The notes under the pieces: generated by a model
What the model was told of the DNA's origin: nothing
The model's input: only the letters and a program-made list of their open reading frames with translations
Database searches by the model: none
Assembly (NCBI GenBank): GCA_018985225.1
Contig: JADGIF010000390.1
Coordinates: 1-9,456 of the forward strand
DNA: 9,456 bases
Reading direction: 5' to 3'
DNA from: Amoeboradix gromovi X-113
Taxonomy: Eukaryota > Fungi > Sanchytriomycota
Shown: piece after piece, positions 5,826 through 9,456 of the stretch
Layout of the letters: each line of letters starts with the position of its first letter
Position numbering within the stretch: the first letter of the stretch is position 1
Translations under genes and position numbers: made by a program

Positions 5826-8367
5826 TGTTATTCAATCGCTGCAAATATTGTTGAATCTGGTCATGATTAGACTCCGAGTATATACTCTCTAAGTCGTATT
5901 GAGTTATTTCCGTACCCAAGATCGCATTTCCAACATCTTTTGTAAAGTTTATTTCCTTTGTTGTTGATTTTAATATATTTTCATCAACCTCTAATTTTAC
6001 CAATATGTGACCTAAAACTATACCATTTGAGTCTACCAGATCCAACCATTGTTCCAGTGAATCTAATCCGTCAAACAGATAGTAGAGATCTATAATCGTA
6101 AAAGCAATTAAAAATTCGCCTCTGATGTTCTTTCTCCATAATTTCAGTGTTTGTTTTCTTCGTTTAAACTGTAAGATGCTAGTGTTGCTAAGTATCACTG
6201 GTAACTCAACTGTTTTATGAAAGTTGATACAGTTGTTATCATCGTTCTTATACTCTACTATCTTCTTAGTGCGTTGCGTACTTGATTTACAGTCTGGATA
6301 CCAATTAAATGTGAGATAAAATGAACTGGAGTGTACAATAGTTTTGTTGCTATTTTGACTTTCAAAATCTTCTATGTTTCTATCCTCAAATGCACTCAAA
6401 GGGTATATGTTAATTAGGTGCATCTTCAATATACCATCTACGCAAAGTTCATTTTGATCTAAAGCGCTCATCGTAACAAGAGCAGTTGGCTTCACTTTCG
6501 TGTTGGCGCTAGTACTGGAGTCCTCATCTGGATTGACACTTGTGGATTTGTTTGCAGGGACGCTGTTAATATTAGTTGATTTATTCCCATTTAATGATTT
6601 CAAAGAATCGCTGATAGCCGTTGACTTGTTTTTACCAGTGAGTGTATCATTTCCTACGTACTTATTAATATTAATGTTTGAGCTGCCTACTTTGGCATCT
6701 GTTCCATTTTTCTCCAACAGTGCTATGGAAGTAAAAGCATTTTTGGAATTATTATGTACGAAATCCCATGAGTTATGCAGTTGACCTAGGTTGCTACTTT
6801 TCTGATGGTGATCCACAGTCTGCATGTAATCATCCACAAGATGTTTCTCTTTTATTACGTTCAATGATTCCAAATGAAGCATTTTTATTTGCTGATCTAG
6901 TTCTGCAGCGTTGCCGTATCCAAGTGCCACTTGTAGCGAGCCCATATATGCACTAGTTATCGGATTGATAATACTTAAGTTCGTGCTTGGGAACATTAGT
7001 TCTACACAATTGGAATGCAGCAAAAATGAAAGCTTACACATCCCAATAAACACATTAGTGGATCTCTGCTGCCAAACTTCAATGAATCCTGAATTATTTG
7101 GAATAAATGGTAAACTAATTTCAAAATTGAAATGAAAAGGAAATGGCTGGCACAAGGTTTGAATTGGCTGTCCAGACGGCAACAACTTCAAACAGCAGAA
7201 GATTGGGGCATCCTCGCATTCACTTAGTGAGTGATACCTGGCAATATATATAGTCAGCTTGTTATTATTTTTGCTTCCGGTCTCCAATTTCTGCAGTAAA
7301 TCAGTATTATCCGATAGTAACGAGGTGTCCGGATTTGCATTATGTTTTTTAGCGACGCTTCTTGACTCAATGGATGATACTGAATCAACATCTTGGACTG
7401 CTTGTTGAGCACTACTGCCGTCATCATCCTCGTCATTGTAATTCAACAACTGAGAATTGAGATGCAAGTCTCCAACAAAAATGTCTTGCTGCTTGTTATA
7501 CTTATTAATGGTCCACATTGGGATTTTTTTTTGAAATTCCGTCTTATTCTTGAACCTTTCAAGAGAGACGACACCTTTACAACACCATTCACCTGGATTA
7601 TCGATTGTGATTTGCAGCAATTGGTCAAACCATGAGTTGAAATCCAGGTTCGAGCTCAAAGGAAACCGGCGATTTAGATTAAAATCAATTTTAGGCTTGA
7701 TAAGAACTGACTTGTTCATTGTGTAGGTCTTTCTACCATTATCGTTGGGCAAACATAAATTGAAGAGCAAGTTTGCTCTTTTTCTGTCAATAAACTCTGG
7801 ATTTATTTCCAGGTGTTGAAGAGTAAAAGATAAAGCGAATGAATTACAATCCGCAGAAACAGCAGTTTTTCTATTTAATCTGGCGTACAAAAGTGAATCT
7901 TCGGATGGCTCATATTCATACAACAATTCATTTTCAGCTTCATTTTCAAGAGAAATTGGATTTTGAGTCTCTTCATGAATCATCTTGTTAATATCTACAG
8001 AGTAGGCGGCGGTGTTTTCATCTGTAACTGGAAGAGCATCAAGGTCTAATGTCGATTTGACAAGGTTAGCAATTTGTTTGGAAAGCTCATTCTCTTTTGA
8101 TAAACTTTGCGGTTCGATTTCGGTTATGCTTTGCAATTTTGCCAAAGAATCTTTTGGAGCTTTAGGTTCTATTTTTTGTTTGTCTGAAATAGAATGTTTT
8201 GATTTTTTAGAAGAAGCCACCGAATTACTTTTTGAAATAAAATTGGACCTCTTTGTGCCTTCCTTGATCATATTTGTCTTAGCTGATCCACGTTCTATTT
8301 TGTAAGCTTTGTCATCATCACTGGTTTTTGAAGAATGTTGGAATCGAGGAATTTTGGAAAACGACAT
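5821..8367 (-). CDS. C2CD3: C2CD3-like centriole/basal-body protein with three C2-type domains
   Basis: 848-aa ORF with three beta-rich blocks separated by low-complexity S/N/K/D linkers. Block 1, aa ~176-308: IDFNLNRRFPL..W..QLLQITI, VGDLHL. Block 2, aa ~370-487: IEVW, IGMCKL, IINPITSAYMGSLQVALGYG, resembling recalled C2CD3 IETW, LGLVKL, GSLRVFLAMG. Block 3, aa ~645-794: QTLKLWRK, IAFTIIDLYYLFDG...W.DLVDSNG...GHILV, resembling recalled C2CD3 QTLVFKVWHK, IGFASVDLSPLLSG...WYNITDFSG...GQIKV. Orthology rests on remembered motifs. Confidence 0.72.
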   Translation of the reverse strand: MSFSKIPRFQHSSKTSDDDKAYKIERGSAKTNMIKEGTKRSNFISKSNSVASSKKSKHSISDKQKIEPKAPKDSLAKLQSITEIEPQSLSKENELSKQIANLVKSTLDLDALPVTDENTAAYSVDINKMIHEETQNPISLENEAENELLYEYEPSEDSLLYARLNRKTAVSADCNSFALSFTLQHLEINPEFIDRKRANLLFNLCLPNDNGRKTYTMNKSVLIKPKIDFNLNRRFPLSSNLDFNSWFDQLLQITIDNPGEWCCKGVVSLERFKNKTEFQKKIPMWTINKYNKQQDIFVGDLHLNSQLLNYNDEDDDGSSAQQAVQDVDSVSSIESRSVAKKHNANPDTSLLSDNTDLLQKLETGSKNNNKLTIYIARYHSLSECEDAPIFCCLKLLPSGQPIQTLCQPFPFHFNFEISLPFIPNNSGFIEVWQQRSTNVFIGMCKLSFLLHSNCVELMFPSTNLSIINPITSAYMGSLQVALGYGNAAELDQQIKMLHLESLNVIKEKHLVDDYMQTVDHHQKSSNLGQLHNSWDFVHNNSKNAFTSIALLEKNGTDAKVGSSNININKYVGNDTLTGKNKSTAISDSLKSLNGNKSTNINSVPANKSTSVNPDEDSSTSANTKVKPTALVTMSALDQNELCVDGILKMHLINIYPLSAFEDRNIEDFESQNSNKTIVHSSSFYLTFNWYPDCKSSTQRTKKIVEYKNDDNNCINFHKTVELPVILSNTSILQFKRRKQTLKLWRKNIRGEFLIAFTIIDLYYLFDGLDSLEQWLDLVDSNGIVLGHILVKLEVDENILKSTTKEINFTKDVGNAILGTEITQYDLESIYSESNHDQIQQYLQRLNNK

Positions 8368-8442
8368 TGCGACTTCAGTGTTTCAGATAGATATGGTAGC
8401 TATTAAAATTTATAGAATAAATTATTTATTGCGAATACCGCC

Positions 8443-8462
8443 ATTCTATTCTATCCTATCCT
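8443..8462 (+). repeat. Short pentamer tandem repeat ATTCT-ATTCT-ATCCT-ATCCT
   Basis: Four imperfect 5-bp units read directly, 76-95 nt upstream of the C2CD3-like ATG. Confidence 0.6.
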
Positions 8463-8796
8463 TGCTTATTTAGACCATACCCGTAAGTGATAAAGAGGTG
8501 TTGTAATTACATTGCATATAAATAAGTACACCTCTAAGTTTAGATTAATTCCTAATCCCAATCTAAGTCTGAGGTCCATAAGATCAGATTGATCTAATCC
8601 ATGTGGGACTAATTCCAGTGCATTAATGCAACCGACAAAAACACTGATTTAAATCTGCATTTTATAGTATTGAGGTCAATCAAGCATGAAAATCTGTATT
8701 TTCCAAATTTTAATTGAAGATTGTACAAATAATTTGTGGCAAGACCCAATTTACTCAAAAAATATGAATTGCATAGTGTAACACTAATAATATTTA

Positions 8797-9379
8797 ATGC
8801 ATTTATCGCCTTTCGACATCAATTACGACCGTTATGATGCAAAGCACTGATTTGGATACATCAAGCGATTTTCTGAAATAATGGACAGAGCTTTCTTCAC
8901 TTTAAAAGGCATCAAGCACCTTCTTATAGGGGTTCAGTAGCGCGTACTGACGAAAGATGTGATGAAGCACTAGAGAACTAATAGTGCAATACAATATAGA
9001 ATGAACACAAACTAGTGTTTTAGTTCTGCGACAATTCGCTTATTCTTTAAAAGATTAAGTATGCACCATTCGAAGAATCCTTGCTTTAAAATTTTTGGCT
9101 TCAAATAGGCTATAAAGTTTGGTTAAGATCAAAACCCCATCACGTTCCTGATAGATCGAACGCAGAAAGTTCGACGGGAAAGATCATCTGCTCGATACTA
9201 TAAATGCGATATAAAAACGCAAAGACTGCCAAAAAGAAGATGTATTTGTTTCCTCATAACGGTTCCGCCTTGCAAATGAACCATTTAGAAGCATTCAATA
9301 GAATATCAACACGATTTATTTGAGGTTGCCAGGAAAAAGGTTTCTGTTAAGTTAACAGCTCGACTGTTTTCTTGAATAT
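8797..9379 (+). mobile_element. Degenerate Ty3/gypsy-like LTR retrotransposon pol relic (RNase H followed by integrase Zn-finger and start of catalytic core)
   Basis: The frame containing 8881 gives AFFTLKGIKHLLIGVQ*RVLTK (cf. consensus VFALKKFRHYLLGxxFxVxTD) and IQYRMNTN*CFSSATIRL at 8989-9042 (same length as IQYRPGKENVVADALSRL). The next frame, 9155-9379, gives IERRKFDGKDHLLDTINAI*KRKDCQK...NEPFRSIQ*N...GKRFLLS*QLDCFLEY (cf. IxRRFxWxxMxxDxxxxxxxCxxCQ...PFxxIxxD...GxRYLLxxVDxFSKY). It has multiple stops, deletions and a frameshift. Boundaries are approximate and the relic may run past the window end. Confidence 0.55.
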
Positions 9380-9456
9380 ATAATTTATCGCGAATTTGTA
9401 TATATTTTTGTATCATTTCAAGACTTTTCCAGATTTTTCTAATAGCTTAAACACTC

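Noticed and set aside
6500-8305. Small ORFs 6500-6784, 6768-6956, 6911-7135, 7254-7436, 7393-7635, 7443-7628, 8012-8305
   Set aside because: All lie inside the C2CD3-like CDS, antisense or in an alternative frame. Their hydrophobic look is the expected mirror of K/N/E/S-rich sense codons.
8905-8980. GIKH…ERCDEALEN read as an integrase catalytic-Glu region
   Set aside because: Needs a frameshift and lacks the PxxNG motif. The single-frame RNase H reading fits spacing and domain order better.
8851-9126. About 90-codon + frame interrupted only by four TAG codons, suggesting TAG recoding
   Set aside because: None of the four intact genes has an in-frame TAG over about 2400 codons. The frame is better explained as the decayed RNase H region of a retroelement.
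8803-9294. Stop-poor minus-strand frame (…YQERDGVLILTKLY…KARILRMVHT…)
   Set aside because: Only vague resemblance to known proteins. It is antisense to the better-supported + strand pol relic and likely its shadow.
1-9456. tRNA, rRNA, snRNA, CRISPR array or prokaryotic operon/defence system
   Set aside because: No cloverleaf, rRNA or snRNA signature or repeat-spacer array was seen. The genes are eukaryotic, functionally unrelated and of mixed orientation, so I cannot support a multi-gene system.

Overview
AT-rich, gene-dense, apparently intron-free eukaryotic DNA read with the standard genetic code. It holds four intact genes: a Trm3/TARBP1-type tRNA Gm18 2'-O-methyltransferase (153-3704, -), a Tap42/alpha4 phosphatase regulator with fungal-type motifs (3820-4695, +), a dithiol glutaredoxin with a YCGYC active site (4711-4998, -), and a much shortened C2CD3-like centriolar protein with three C2-type domains (5821-8367, -). 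The fungal-type Tap42, the centriole gene and the strong compaction suggest a reduced zoosporic fungus or close fungal relative (inference). The two long non-coding stretches appear to be decayed LTR-retrotransposon pol relics missed by the ORF track: RNase H then integrase motifs at about 8800-9380 (+), and a weaker integrase-core motif at about 5050-5300 (-). I found no convincing novel multi-gene system. The best leads are the minimal C2CD3, the possibly Fe-S-binding glutaredoxin, AATAAA signals at the stop codons, a symmetric divergent promoter, and the hidden retroelement fossils. All family assignments come from motif recognition by eye, not from database searches.
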